Source of the DNA: Patescibacteria group bacterium
GTDB lineage: Bacteria > Patescibacteriota > Doudnabacteria > UBA920
Direction: 5' to 3'
Assembly: GCA_023484515.1 (NCBI GenBank)
Contig: JAMDAY010000007.1
Coordinates: forward strand, 50,179-114,178
DNA length: 64,000 nucleotides
Part shown: piece after piece, positions 27,284-35,806 of the stretch
Numbering within the stretch: position 1 is the first letter of the stretch
Layout: each line of letters opens with the position of its first letter
Program-made: the position numbers and the translations under genes
The notes under the pieces: model-generated
Databases searched by the model: none
Told to the model about the DNA's origin: nothing
The model's input: the letters and a program-made list of their open reading frames with translations, nothing else

Positions 27284-28141
27284 TTATATTGATAACTGGT
27301 CTTTTATGCTGACGGCAGAAACGGGAGAAGGGATGGAATCGGAAACAAACACCTTTTCAGCCAAAGCCTGCAGGCGTTCCAAAGAATCGTGGAGAAATAA
27401 GCCGTGGGATGCCGCGCAGCAAATTTTTTTAGCGCCACACTCCTTCATTCGTTCCAAAGCCTTGATCATAGTAGAGCCGGTGCTGATCATATCGTCCAGA
27501 ATAAGGACATTTTTTCCTTCCACGTCCAGCTCGCCTTCCAATTTTTCTATATTCCGGTAAGAAATGGTGTTATCTTTGTAATCCTGTCGCACTTTTTTCA
27601 TGGATTGCCCCCCATGCTGCTTAACCAAATAATTCGCGCCCTGGTCAGGGCCGATAATTTCAAATCCTTCGCCGCCAAACACCTGCTTGGCATGTGCCAC
27701 CAAGGCCTTGCTTAAGGAATGGTTTTGGATTTTCAGGCCGCAATATTCGCTTTCACCTTCTTCGTTCAAAAAATGGCAGTCAAAAGTCACGAATTTTTCG
27801 CAACCCATCATCCTTAACATCCGGCAAACCACGTCAGCGCTGGCCACTTCTCCTTCCAAAAGTTTTTTGTGCTGCCGCGCATAAGGCAAGTAAGGAGAAA
27901 CAACCGTGACTTTGGCGCCAACTTCGTTCAGCGCATCCAAAACCAAGAACAGTTCCATAAATGAGTGGTTCTGGTGCGGATACAGCCGGTGGAAAAGCGT
28001 TATCTCTTTGCCTTTAAAACTATTAAGATGCGGAATGTGCACGTGGCTGTCGCCGTCCGGAAAAGTGCCAATTTCTATATTTGGGGTTAAGATGTCGCTA
28101 AAATTCGGGGAAACAAGCCTTAAGGGCGCGGATTGGTCCAT
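27284..28141 (-). CDS. prs: ribose-phosphate pyrophosphokinase (PRPP synthetase)
   Basis: PRPP-binding loop VLILDDMISTGSTM; start moved to MDQSAPL (28141). Confidence 0.85.
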   Translation of the reverse strand: MDQSAPLRLVSPNFSDILTPNIEIGTFPDGDSHVHIPHLNSFKGKEITLFHRLYPHQNHSFMELFLVLDALNEVGAKVTVVSPYLPYARQHKKLLEGEVASADVVCRMLRMMGCEKFVTFDCHFLNEEGESEYCGLKIQNHSLSKALVAHAKQVFGGEGFEIIGPDQGANYLVKQHGGQSMKKVRQDYKDNTISYRNIEKLEGELDVEGKNVLILDDMISTGSTMIKALERMKECGAKKICCAASHGLFLHDSLERLQALAEKVFVSDSIPSPVSAVSIKDQLSI

Positions 28142-28317
28142 ATAAATTTTAATTTTATTAATGTCAACGACCTTATGATAACAAATTTTATATAGTATTC
28201 GCAAATATACAAATTTAATGCTAATATACAAATCGCCGCCTGGCCAATTATTTCAGTAAATATGGCCGAATGGCTATTTATATATTTGTTACAATTTATA
28301 TTTTTGCGAATACTCCC

Positions 28318-28617
28318 ATGAAAAAATTCCAGCGTAAAATTGAAAATTTTATTTGTGAAAATTGCGGCTTTAGCGTTAAAGGCACGGGCTACACCAACCA
28401 TTGCCCCAAATGCCTGTTTTCCAAGCATGTTGACATTAACCCCGGCGACCGCGCCAACACTTGCGGCGGCTTAATGGAACCAGTTGGTTTGGAATTGGAT
28501 CACGGCGAATATATTATAGTATACGAATGCGAAAAATGCGGGGAAATAAAAAAAAACAAAGCGGATAAAAATGACGCTTTTGACGAACTGCTTAAGCTCG
28601 CTAAATCTCTTGCATAA
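28318..28617 (+). CDS. RNHCP-domain zinc-ribbon protein
   Basis: CENCGFSVKGTGYTNHCPKCLFSKH matches the RNHCP (xNHCPxC) signature; start at MKKFQRK. Confidence 0.55.
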   Translation: MKKFQRKIENFICENCGFSVKGTGYTNHCPKCLFSKHVDINPGDRANTCGGLMEPVGLELDHGEYIIVYECEKCGEIKKNKADKNDAFDELLKLAKSLA

Positions 28618-28673
28618 TCCTATCTTTTTGTTATAATATCAAGGCTGACTATTTAATTTACAAAAGGCGGTAA

Positions 28674-28750
28674 GGGCGGTTAGCTCAGCTGGTTAGAGCG
28701 CCTCGTTTACACCGAGGAGGTCAAAGGTTCGAATCCTTTATCGCCCACCA
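28674..28750 (+). tRNA. tRNA-Val (anticodon TAC)
   Basis: Manual fold: acceptor GGGCGGT/ATCGCCC, anticodon loop TTTACAC, T-loop TTCGAAT, CCA encoded. Confidence 0.85.
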
Positions 28751-28795
28751 GAAAAAGTTATTTTTGCTTAAGGTATTAAAAAATGATAAAATAAA

Positions 28796-28872
28796 GCCGG
28801 ACTAGCTCATCGGTTTAGAGCGCTGCCCTGAAGAGGCAGGCGTACCCAGTTCGACTCTGGGGTCCGGCACCA
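28796..28872 (+). tRNA. tRNA-Phe (anticodon GAA)
   Basis: Acceptor GCCGGAC/GTCCGGC, anticodon loop CTGAAGA, CCA encoded. Confidence 0.85.
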
Positions 28873-28873
28873 A

Positions 28874-28947
28874 GCGGCTATGGTTCAATGGTAGAACTTC
28901 TCCTTGCCATGGAGAGGATAGGGGTTCGATTCCCCTTAGCCGCTCCA
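28874..28947 (+). tRNA. tRNA-Gly (anticodon GCC), discriminator U73
   Basis: Acceptor GCGGCTA/TAGCCGC, anticodon loop TTGCCAT, CCA encoded; 1-nt spacer after tRNA-Phe. Confidence 0.85.
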
Positions 28948-29041
28948 CAAAGAACACCAGTTTTTGCTGGCGTTTTTTGTTTGACTTGATAAGTTTTATG
29001 CTTATCCGATAGGAGAATAGAATTAAAAACTATCGCCTGCA

Positions 29042-29611
29042 TCAATGCAAACCGGAAAAACTATATACAATAAACCATATAGGTATACTCACTAAAAATA
29101 AACGTTCAAAAAAACCACTATAAGAGTGCCTTAATTTTGGGATTAACCAAATAATTACAAAGCTGAAAAAGGCTATCATGACAAACCAGGTAACTGAAAT
29201 CATATAAGAATTTGCATAAGCTTGGTAGGCGTTTACCATAAAAATAAAAATCGTTGAAAATTTAATTATTGCAAGTATTAAGTGGATAATGCCAGTTTTA
29301 GTCAGTTTACCGGAGCCGGTTAAATCTGCGTGATAATAAAGTAAGGCAATGGAGCTTATAATACTGCCCGCCAAAATATATAGCTGCCAAACCATAGATA
29401 CTTTTTCAATTAAAAGGTATGAAAAAAGAGAAGTATAAGCAAATATAAACGAGAGTCCATATAAAATATAAACTTTCCGGGACTTTACATCAGCGCCGTA
29501 ATCACTGACCGTATTTTTGAGAAAATCAAAAGACGGATACTTATTATGAAGCAGCCCAAGTAATATAATGTTGGCAACGCAACAAATAATTACTAATATA
29601 AGTAAAAGCAT
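29042..29611 (-). CDS. hypothetical multi-pass membrane protein (AT-rich, island gene)
   Basis: 189 aa with five or six hydrophobic helices; flanked by similar terminator-like direct repeats (28943-28985 and 29781-29822). Confidence 0.5.
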   Translation of the reverse strand: MLLLILVIICCVANIILLGLLHNKYPSFDFLKNTVSDYGADVKSRKVYILYGLSFIFAYTSLFSYLLIEKVSMVWQLYILAGSIISSIALLYYHADLTGSGKLTKTGIIHLILAIIKFSTIFIFMVNAYQAYANSYMISVTWFVMIAFFSFVIIWLIPKLRHSYSGFFERLFLVSIPIWFIVYSFSGLH

Positions 29612-29847
29612 AAGCTTATTATACTTCGCAAACTTGATTGTGCATAGTCTAAACTTATTTGACCTAACAAGCTTTGAACCATATAGCCAAACCCCTAAAC
29701 CGCAAATTCCGGCACGTAAAACCCTTCGCCAACTTTGACAATTTCATTTCTAGTTGCCATTACCAACGAGCTCCACAAAAAACACCAACAATTTGAAGTT
29801 GGTGATTTTTGTTTGGCAATAAAATTACCCTAGCGCTTTGTGTTTAT

Positions 29848-30111
29848 TTAGGCACCAACCTCTTTAGCGATTGCCTGTTTAATCAGGGTTTGGTAAGGGA
29901 TATCCAGCCGATTGGCTTTTACTTTTAGTTCTGAAACCAGATAGCTGGGCAGACGAATGGAAATGGAGGTGGATGTGGGTTTTAGATTCGGAAAACGCGC
30001 ACGTTTAAATTTTGACCAATCCAAATATTCGGTGGAGTCATGGGTATTCCAAAACTTCGCCTCTTCGTCTTCATTTTTAAATTTAGGGATTTTTTTAAGC
30101 TTTTTTGCCAT
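29848..30111 (-). CDS. brnA: BrnA antitoxin (CopG/RHH-type, DUF4415 family)
   Basis: EAKFWNTHDSTEY...IRLPSYLVSELKVKANRLDIPYQTLIK is typical of BrnA; overlaps the brnT 3' end by 17 nt. Confidence 0.7.
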   Translation of the reverse strand: MAKKLKKIPKFKNEDEEAKFWNTHDSTEYLDWSKFKRARFPNLKPTSTSISIRLPSYLVSELKVKANRLDIPYQTLIKQAIAKEVGA

Positions 30112-30397
30112 AATTGCTCCTTTCCTTTCTATTTGCGCTGCGCGCTGAAATTATCCTGACTTTATTATTCCTGATGGTAAAAACAATGAATAAAATTTGC
30201 CCCTTATTGTTCGGCCCTACCAGTTGATATCTCTTTTCGCCAATACTATGCCTGTCGTCAAACAAGACGGCATAATCGCTTAAAAAAGGCTGTTCGGCTT
30301 CCACGGGCATTATGTTATGACGGAGCCGAACCTTGTTACTGTTATGTTCGTCCCATTCAAACTGCAAAGGCTCGGGCAAATCTATAATGTTTTGCAT
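30095..30397 (-). CDS. brnT: BrnT ribonuclease toxin (DUF497 family)
   Basis: FEWDEHNSNKVRLRH N-terminal signature of BrnT; toxin-first operon order. Confidence 0.7.
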   Translation of the reverse strand: MQNIIDLPEPLQFEWDEHNSNKVRLRHNIMPVEAEQPFLSDYAVLFDDRHSIGEKRYQLVGPNNKGQILFIVFTIRNNKVRIISARSANRKERSNYGKKA

Positions 30398-30680
30398 ATT
30401 AATATTGTATATGAAATTCGCTACATTGTCAAGTTTTGGCGAAAAAAGTGTGTCAATTTGTGTTAGTTCGTGTCAGTGGAAATAGTGTATAGCGGGGTGG
30501 GGTAAAAGGTGGTATAATTAAGGCAAACAATTAAACCACAAAAGAAACCAAATGAAATCTATAACTACCAAGCCAAGGACAGTAAATTTTCCACTGAGAC
30601 AAATAATTTGATTTCTAACATACTTGTTTGACTTTGGCCGCTTTTCCGTCTATTATAGAACTACGGTTAATTTTAAAACT

Positions 30681-30908
30681 ATGGATGAAAACAAAGTTTT
30701 ACAAAAACTTATTGAGCACGATGAACAGCTTGCGGATATTAAGGAAAGAATGGCTACTAAAGATGATATTCGCGAAATTCGACAGGTTATGGACAAAGCC
30801 ATGACTATCTTAGAGCGTCTTGACCAGGAACGGGTTTTTACCGTGGAGTGGATACGCAGGATTGAAGGAGACGTAGACAAAATTAAACGCCAATTACATA
30901 TTGCATAA
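30681..30908 (+). CDS. small coiled-coil hypothetical protein (75 aa from MDENKV)
   Basis: Charged heptad-like sequence; 36 nt upstream of the nucleotidyltransferase gene. Confidence 0.35.
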   Translation: MDENKVLQKLIEHDEQLADIKERMATKDDIREIRQVMDKAMTILERLDQERVFTVEWIRRIEGDVDKIKRQLHIA

Positions 30909-30943
30909 TACCCCCAAAGCCGGGGGTATTTTTTAAGTAAAAT

Positions 30944-31597
30944 ATGAAAACAACACCACAAACCCAAGAGCTGGCAAACTCCGTAAATTTAGCAACAACC
31001 GTTTTTAACGCTTGCCAGGTTGAATACCGAATTTTGGGCTCGGTATTAATTGTTTCCCACACCGGAAAGCTATTCCGGCGTATTGGCGATTTGGATATTT
31101 TGCTTGATGAAAGCAAGAAGGCCTGCGTTTTTGGCAAACTAAAGGAAATGGGCGTTGAACTTGTTGCAAGACGTTGGCTAAATTTCTCCTGGACAGAAAC
31201 CAGAAAAGACGGATATTTAGGCCTAACGTTCCTGTTAGTAGGTAAATTTAATAAAGAATACTTTAGCTATCGGTTTCTAAAAGTCTGCGAGCTAAGGATT
31301 AATGCTGATTATTTAACCCCCACTACTTATTGCTTCCACGGTATAAATTTTATTGGCATCCCTATTTCATCAGCCGTTGCCGGTATCCGTAAATCTTTGT
31401 TAAATCCAAAAAGAAAATTAGACCAGGAAGTTTTAGGCGAAGATTTTACCAAATCCAAGACCAGAACTTATAATTGCATTAACGTTTACGTCTTCGGCAT
31501 TAAAATTCCGTTCCTCTATGACGTGTTTTCCTGTCTCTATAACATATACGGCGGCCTTCGCGTTAAATTTGGCCGCAAATACGAAGTATGGGACTAA
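30944..31597 (+). CDS. nucleotidyltransferase-fold protein (polymerase-beta-like; ANT(2'')/Lnu-like)
   Basis: ILGSVLIVSHTGKLFRRIGDLDILLDE matches the hG[GS]x9-13Dh[DE] nucleotidyltransferase motif. Confidence 0.5.
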   Translation: MKTTPQTQELANSVNLATTVFNACQVEYRILGSVLIVSHTGKLFRRIGDLDILLDESKKACVFGKLKEMGVELVARRWLNFSWTETRKDGYLGLTFLLVGKFNKEYFSYRFLKVCELRINADYLTPTTYCFHGINFIGIPISSAVAGIRKSLLNPKRKLDQEVLGEDFTKSKTRTYNCINVYVFGIKIPFLYDVFSCLYNIYGGLRVKFGRKYEVWD

Positions 31598-31756
31598 CAC
31601 ACAAACTGTCTCTATGTGAAAATTCGGATTCAATATTGGATGGAGGTGTCACAAAATCCCTTTAAAATAAAAGGGTTTTTAATTGAGAAAATGGCTGTTA
31701 TTTAGAGGAAAATCATTTTAAAGCTCATAAATAAGCCAAAATATGGCAAAACAGCC

Positions 31757-31785
31757 TTGAAAAAACTGCAAAAAAGAGGTATAAT
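31757..31785 (+). promoter_or_regulatory. near-consensus promoter TTGAAA-17-TATAAT, directly followed by a terminator hairpin
   Basis: Read directly. Confidence 0.4.
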
Positions 31786-31795
31786 TAATTTACAA

Positions 31796-31818
31796 AGTGC
31801 TATTTGGCACTCTTTTTT
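31796..31818 (+). terminator. terminator AGTGC-TATTTG-GCACTC + T6
   Basis: Read directly. Confidence 0.5.
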
Positions 31819-32039
31819 AATTAAAAGGGGCTTTAAATAGCGGCTTTACCGGCACTGTCAGACTATTAACAATAATCCGTTATTGCTGTTAGTGCCGGCG
31901 GTTGTCAATTTTTTGTCCACTTTTTACCATTACAAAAAAGCGCGGCAAAAAACGGTCAAACAGCCGTTCCTTAATAATCGCATACTTGTCGTTCCCTTAA
32001 ATAAGGAATGATAGGGGAGAAAGGAGTTTGATTTAAAGA

Positions 32040-32735
32040 ATGAAAGCTCTTTCTCGCCTTCAGTCTGCCATTGATCAAAGCTCCTTTATAGGAATTACCG
32101 CTTTGATCGCGCTGGTGCCGGTGGCTTTCCCCCATTTAACCCTGGCCGCCGAAACAGCTCAGCCTGAAGCGCAATCGGCTTTAGTCTTTGAAATCAAAGA
32201 TCCCTCTGTTTTAAACAGCGAAAATAAAAATTCCATCACTATGGACCAGGTGGTCCAAACCGACCCCCTGGTGGCCAAAGTTAAGGCATATTTGGAAGAC
32301 CACGGTTCGCCTTTGGCCGAATACGCCGCGCAAATCGTGCAGCAGCCCCAATGGCAAAGGGCCTTGGGAGTCAGCTACGTGGAAAGCAATATGGGCATCC
32401 ACTGCTATAATAACAATTGCAGCGGGATAGGAGTTAAGCCCGGACACCCTTCTTGGAGGAAATACGCCACCAAATTGGACTGGTTTATAGACCTGAATAA
32501 TTTGCTGGAAACTCCTCTCTATAAGGAAAAATATAACACTTTCCAAAAAATGAAGGGCGTTTACGTGCAGCCGGGCAGCCAAAGCTGGGTTTACGGCGCT
32601 CAAAAAGTCTATAACGAATTAATGCAGATTACCGAGGAAGCAAACGCCGAACGCCAGCAGCTTGCGCAAAAATATACCAATCCGATTTCCATTGCCATGG
32701 TCGGAACTCCAGAACTAGCCAAATTGGACCAATAA
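32040..32735 (+). CDS. secreted glucosaminidase-domain (GH73, FlgJ-type) peptidoglycan hydrolase-like protein
   Basis: Signal peptide; YVESNMGIHCYNNNCSGIGVK resembles the ESGwG...NNLFGIK motif of the glucosaminidase family (PF01832). RBS GGGGAGAAAGGAG. Confidence 0.55.
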   Translation: MKALSRLQSAIDQSSFIGITALIALVPVAFPHLTLAAETAQPEAQSALVFEIKDPSVLNSENKNSITMDQVVQTDPLVAKVKAYLEDHGSPLAEYAAQIVQQPQWQRALGVSYVESNMGIHCYNNNCSGIGVKPGHPSWRKYATKLDWFIDLNNLLETPLYKEKYNTFQKMKGVYVQPGSQSWVYGAQKVYNELMQITEEANAERQQLAQKYTNPISIAMVGTPELAKLDQ

Positions 32736-32779
32736 TGAAATCCCCCATCCAAAACGGATGGGGGATTTAAATTTTACGA

Positions 32780-32867
32780 TGGTGCCCAGGGAGGGAATCG
32801 AACCCTCAATCCCTTGCGGGCGACAGATTTTAAGTCTGTTGCGTATACCAGTTCCGCCACCTGGGCT
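32780..32867 (-). tRNA. tRNA-Leu (anticodon TAA), class II, CCA encoded
   Basis: Acceptor GCCCAGG/CCTGGGC, anticodon loop CTTAAAA, long variable arm, T-arm GAGGG-TTCGATT-CCCTC. Confidence 0.85.
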
Positions 32868-33140
32868 CATTGACTTTTAGTCTAGATTGTTCCCGTTTTT
32901 ATGGAAGTTTAGCAAAAATACACCTTGCCGCCTTAGCAAATAAATTATAGTCTTACTTCACATAAAGCTTCCTGCTTCGCCAAGACTTCGCCGAACAAGC
33001 CTTAAGGCACTTCTTCGCGATAATAAGCAGCATCAGCAATTTAAACAATACCCGACTTCTAAGCCGCGCTTGCACTTCCTGCTTCACGTAAAGCTTCGCA
33101 GGACGAGTCATAGCTCCGACGTTAAGTCGGAGCGAAGAAG

Positions 33141-33216
33141 TGGAGGCGCAGATGGGATTTGCACCCATGAGTCGCGGTTTTGCAGACCGCTGTGTTAGCT
33201 ACTTCACCACTGCGCC
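33141..33216 (-). tRNA. tRNA-Cys (anticodon GCA), discriminator U73, CCA encoded
   Basis: Acceptor GGCGCAG/CTGCGCC, anticodon stem GCGGT/ACCGC with loop CTGCAAA, T-loop TGCAAAT (non-canonical), atypical D-loop. Confidence 0.7.
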
Positions 33217-33653
33217 ACAGCTAAAATACCCTAATAATTCTATCTAAAAACCGGACTTTAAGCAAGACCAGCAAGCTTCGAACTAAACCCCAACCTAAAA
33301 GTAAAAATATTTGACAAATAAAAATTCCGGTGTTAAATTATTTTCAACGCCCTATTTCACAGTTAATTAGTCCGGTCATGTCCTATTTAAGGAAGGGATT
33401 AGCCGGACCGAATTTTATCCAATCAATTTGTCCCACACGGCCAAATTTTTACATAAAAATATTTTTTATTCCAGCACCCGCGGCCCAGTGCTTAATTTGG
33501 CGTAAACAAATTCATTTGAATTTGTTTTTTTATTTCCCGGGCAAGCCAAAAGCGGGAAGGTTGACAGATGAAACATTTTCCTGTACTATACACAGTCAAT
33601 AATTATGCCAATCTTTCAATTATTTAATCTTTAAATTATTCAATTAACCTATT

Positions 33654-35039
33654 GTGACCACCAAAACCGCATCCAAAAAAAAGAACGGCTTCCGCAAATT
33701 CTGGCGCTTGGGCATTGAAGAATACAATACCCAAAACTTTGACATTGGCCCGGACGGGGAACTGATAGTCCGCGAAGGCAACTACCAGTACAATATTTTT
33801 GACATTGTAAAAAAATACGGGACTTCCACGGAGATTGTTTTTCCCACGGTCATTGAAAACCGCGTGCGGGACCTGATTGAAACCTTTAACGCTTACATAA
33901 AAGTACTGGGCTACCGGGGCAAGTTCCACTACCATTACGCCATGAAAGTCAACCAGAACAAGGAATTCGTGCTGCCGGCCGTGGCCGAAGGGGCAAATTT
34001 GGACGTGGCCAGCGCCAACGAATTATTCTTGGTCAAACGGATGATAGAACAGGACAAGTTTAACAACAAAATCCGCGTCATTTGCAACGGGCCCAAGACT
34101 GAAAAATATATTGGCCTGATAGAAGAGCTTAAGAGCAAGGGCCTGATTGTCGTTCCCATTATTGAAGACCATGTAGAGCTGGAGCGCTTGAAAAAATTCA
34201 AGGGCGAGGTGGGGGTGCGCGTAAATTTGGACGTAAAAGTCAACAGCCATTGGGACAAAAAATTCAACCGTTACGGGTTCACCGAGGCCGAACTGCTGCG
34301 GCTGGGCAAAATTAAGAACCTGTCCACGTTGCATTACCATATTTCCAGCCAGATTGAACGGATGGAAGGCATGCTTAAGCCGCTCAAGCGGGCGCTGGAG
34401 CTTTACGCCAAGCTGCGGGAAAAGAATCCCGGCCTGGACACCTTGGACATGGGCGGGGGAGCGGGCGTGCCTTACGAAAAACGCAAGCATTTTTATTCCG
34501 CGAAAAATTTAATCCATCACCTGGTTAAGACTGCCAAAAATACCTGCGACCGGCTGCAGGTTAGGCATCCCAACTTGATAGTGGAATGGGGCAGGTACGT
34601 GGCCGCGCCGGCGCAAATTACCATCTACAAAATACTGGCGGAAAAAACCGTGGAAAACAAAGGTAATAACAAGTGGTATGTAATTGACGGCAGCTTTATG
34701 AACGATTTGATTGACACCTGGGCCATACACCAAAAGTGGCACGTGGTGCCGGTTAATTACATGAACACGCGCAAGCTGGAAAAGGTCTGGCTGGCAGGCG
34801 CCTCCTGCGACAGCGACGACAAATATACTTCCGGCGGCGGTTACATTTTGTTGCCCAGGCTAAGCGAGACCGACGAGCTGTATGTCGCCTTTTTGGACAC
34901 CGGCGCTTACCAGGATTCCCTGGCCTCGCACCACTGCCTGCTGTCCAGCCCGGCCAAACTTATAGCCCAAAACGGGGAAATAAAAATTGCCCGCCGCCGC
35001 GAAGTCCCGGAAGAGGTGGGAAAACTTTTTGGCTGGTAA
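33654..35039 (+). CDS. speA: arginine decarboxylase-like PLP-dependent (Orn/DAP/Arg decarboxylase fold III) enzyme
   Basis: HYHYAMKVN (PLP lysine region) and C-terminal beta-sandwich; 461 aa. Confidence 0.7.
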   Translation: MTTKTASKKKNGFRKFWRLGIEEYNTQNFDIGPDGELIVREGNYQYNIFDIVKKYGTSTEIVFPTVIENRVRDLIETFNAYIKVLGYRGKFHYHYAMKVNQNKEFVLPAVAEGANLDVASANELFLVKRMIEQDKFNNKIRVICNGPKTEKYIGLIEELKSKGLIVVPIIEDHVELERLKKFKGEVGVRVNLDVKVNSHWDKKFNRYGFTEAELLRLGKIKNLSTLHYHISSQIERMEGMLKPLKRALELYAKLREKNPGLDTLDMGGGAGVPYEKRKHFYSAKNLIHHLVKTAKNTCDRLQVRHPNLIVEWGRYVAAPAQITIYKILAEKTVENKGNNKWYVIDGSFMNDLIDTWAIHQKWHVVPVNYMNTRKLEKVWLAGASCDSDDKYTSGGGYILLPRLSETDELYVAFLDTGAYQDSLASHHCLLSSPAKLIAQNGEIKIARRREVPEEVGKLFGW

Positions 35040-35743
35040 TTAACAATCTCTTAATATCATATGCGCAAAGGCTGTCTTTAACCCGGCAACGCCACCATGG
35101 GCGGGGGAGCGGGCGTGCCTTACGAAAAACGCAAGCATTTTTATTCCGCGAAAAATTTAATCCATCACCTGGTTAAGACTGCCAAAAATACCTGCGACCG
35201 GCTGCAGGTTAGGCATCCCAACTTGATAGTGGAATGGGGCAGGTACGTGGCCGCGCCGGCGCAAATTACCATCTACAAAATACTGGCGGAAAAAACCGTG
35301 GAAAACAAAGGTAATAACAAGTGGTATGTAATTGACGGCAGCTTTATGAACGATTTGATTGACACCTGGGCCATACACCAAAAGTGGCACGTGGTGCCGG
35401 TTAATTACATGAACACGCGCAAGCTGGAAAAGGTCTGGCTGGCAGGCGCCTCCTGCGACAGCGACGACAAATATACTTCCGGCGGCGGTTACATTTTGTT
35501 GCCCAGGCTAAGCGAGACCGACGAGCTGTATGTCGCCTTTTTGGACACCGGCGCTTACCAGGATTCCCTGGCCTCGCACCACTGCCTGCTGTCCAGCCCG
35601 GCCAAACTTATAGCCCAAAACGGGGAAATAAAAATTGCCCGCCGCCGCGAAGTCCCGGAAGAGGTGGGAAAACTTTTTGGCTGGTAATTAACAATCTCTT
35701 AATATCATATGCGCAAAGGCTGTCTTTAACCCGGCAACGCCAC
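34448..35743 (+). repeat. perfect tandem direct duplication, 2 x 648 bp (34448-35095 and 35096-35743), covering the speA 3' third plus the 3' UTR up to the terminator loop
   Basis: ORF-track proteins 33654..35039 (C-terminal 196 aa) and 35097..35687 are identical; the DNA is identical by eye, including the 56-nt UTR. Confidence 0.85.
35097..35687 (+). pseudogene. duplicated 3' fragment of speA (promoterless 196-aa C-terminal copy)
   Basis: Second repeat unit; starts at the internal Met of speA. Confidence 0.6.
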
Positions 35744-35762
35744 TAAAGGCAGTCTTTTTTTG
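35717..35762 (+). terminator. speA terminator GCUGUCUUUA...UAAAGGCAGUC + U7, complete only after the second repeat unit
   Basis: The duplication junction lies in the hairpin loop. Confidence 0.55.
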
Positions 35763-35806
35763 AAAATTAACCGTAATTTACTTTTAATCCAAGCGTCTGG
35801 CTAAAC

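Noticed and set aside
28948-29830. tRNA-Gly 3' end duplicated as an integration att site (GCTCCACAAAGAACACCAG vs GCTCCACAAAAAACACCAA)
   Set aside because: The 19-nt similarity begins after the tRNA 3' CCA and both copies are parts of terminator hairpins. This is more likely a reused terminator family than att sites. Noted inside the island finding instead.
32953-33168. ORF 32953..33168 - between the two minus-strand tRNAs
   Set aside because: It overlaps the tRNA-Cys gene and the repeat-rich spacer. There is no RBS and it is likely spurious.
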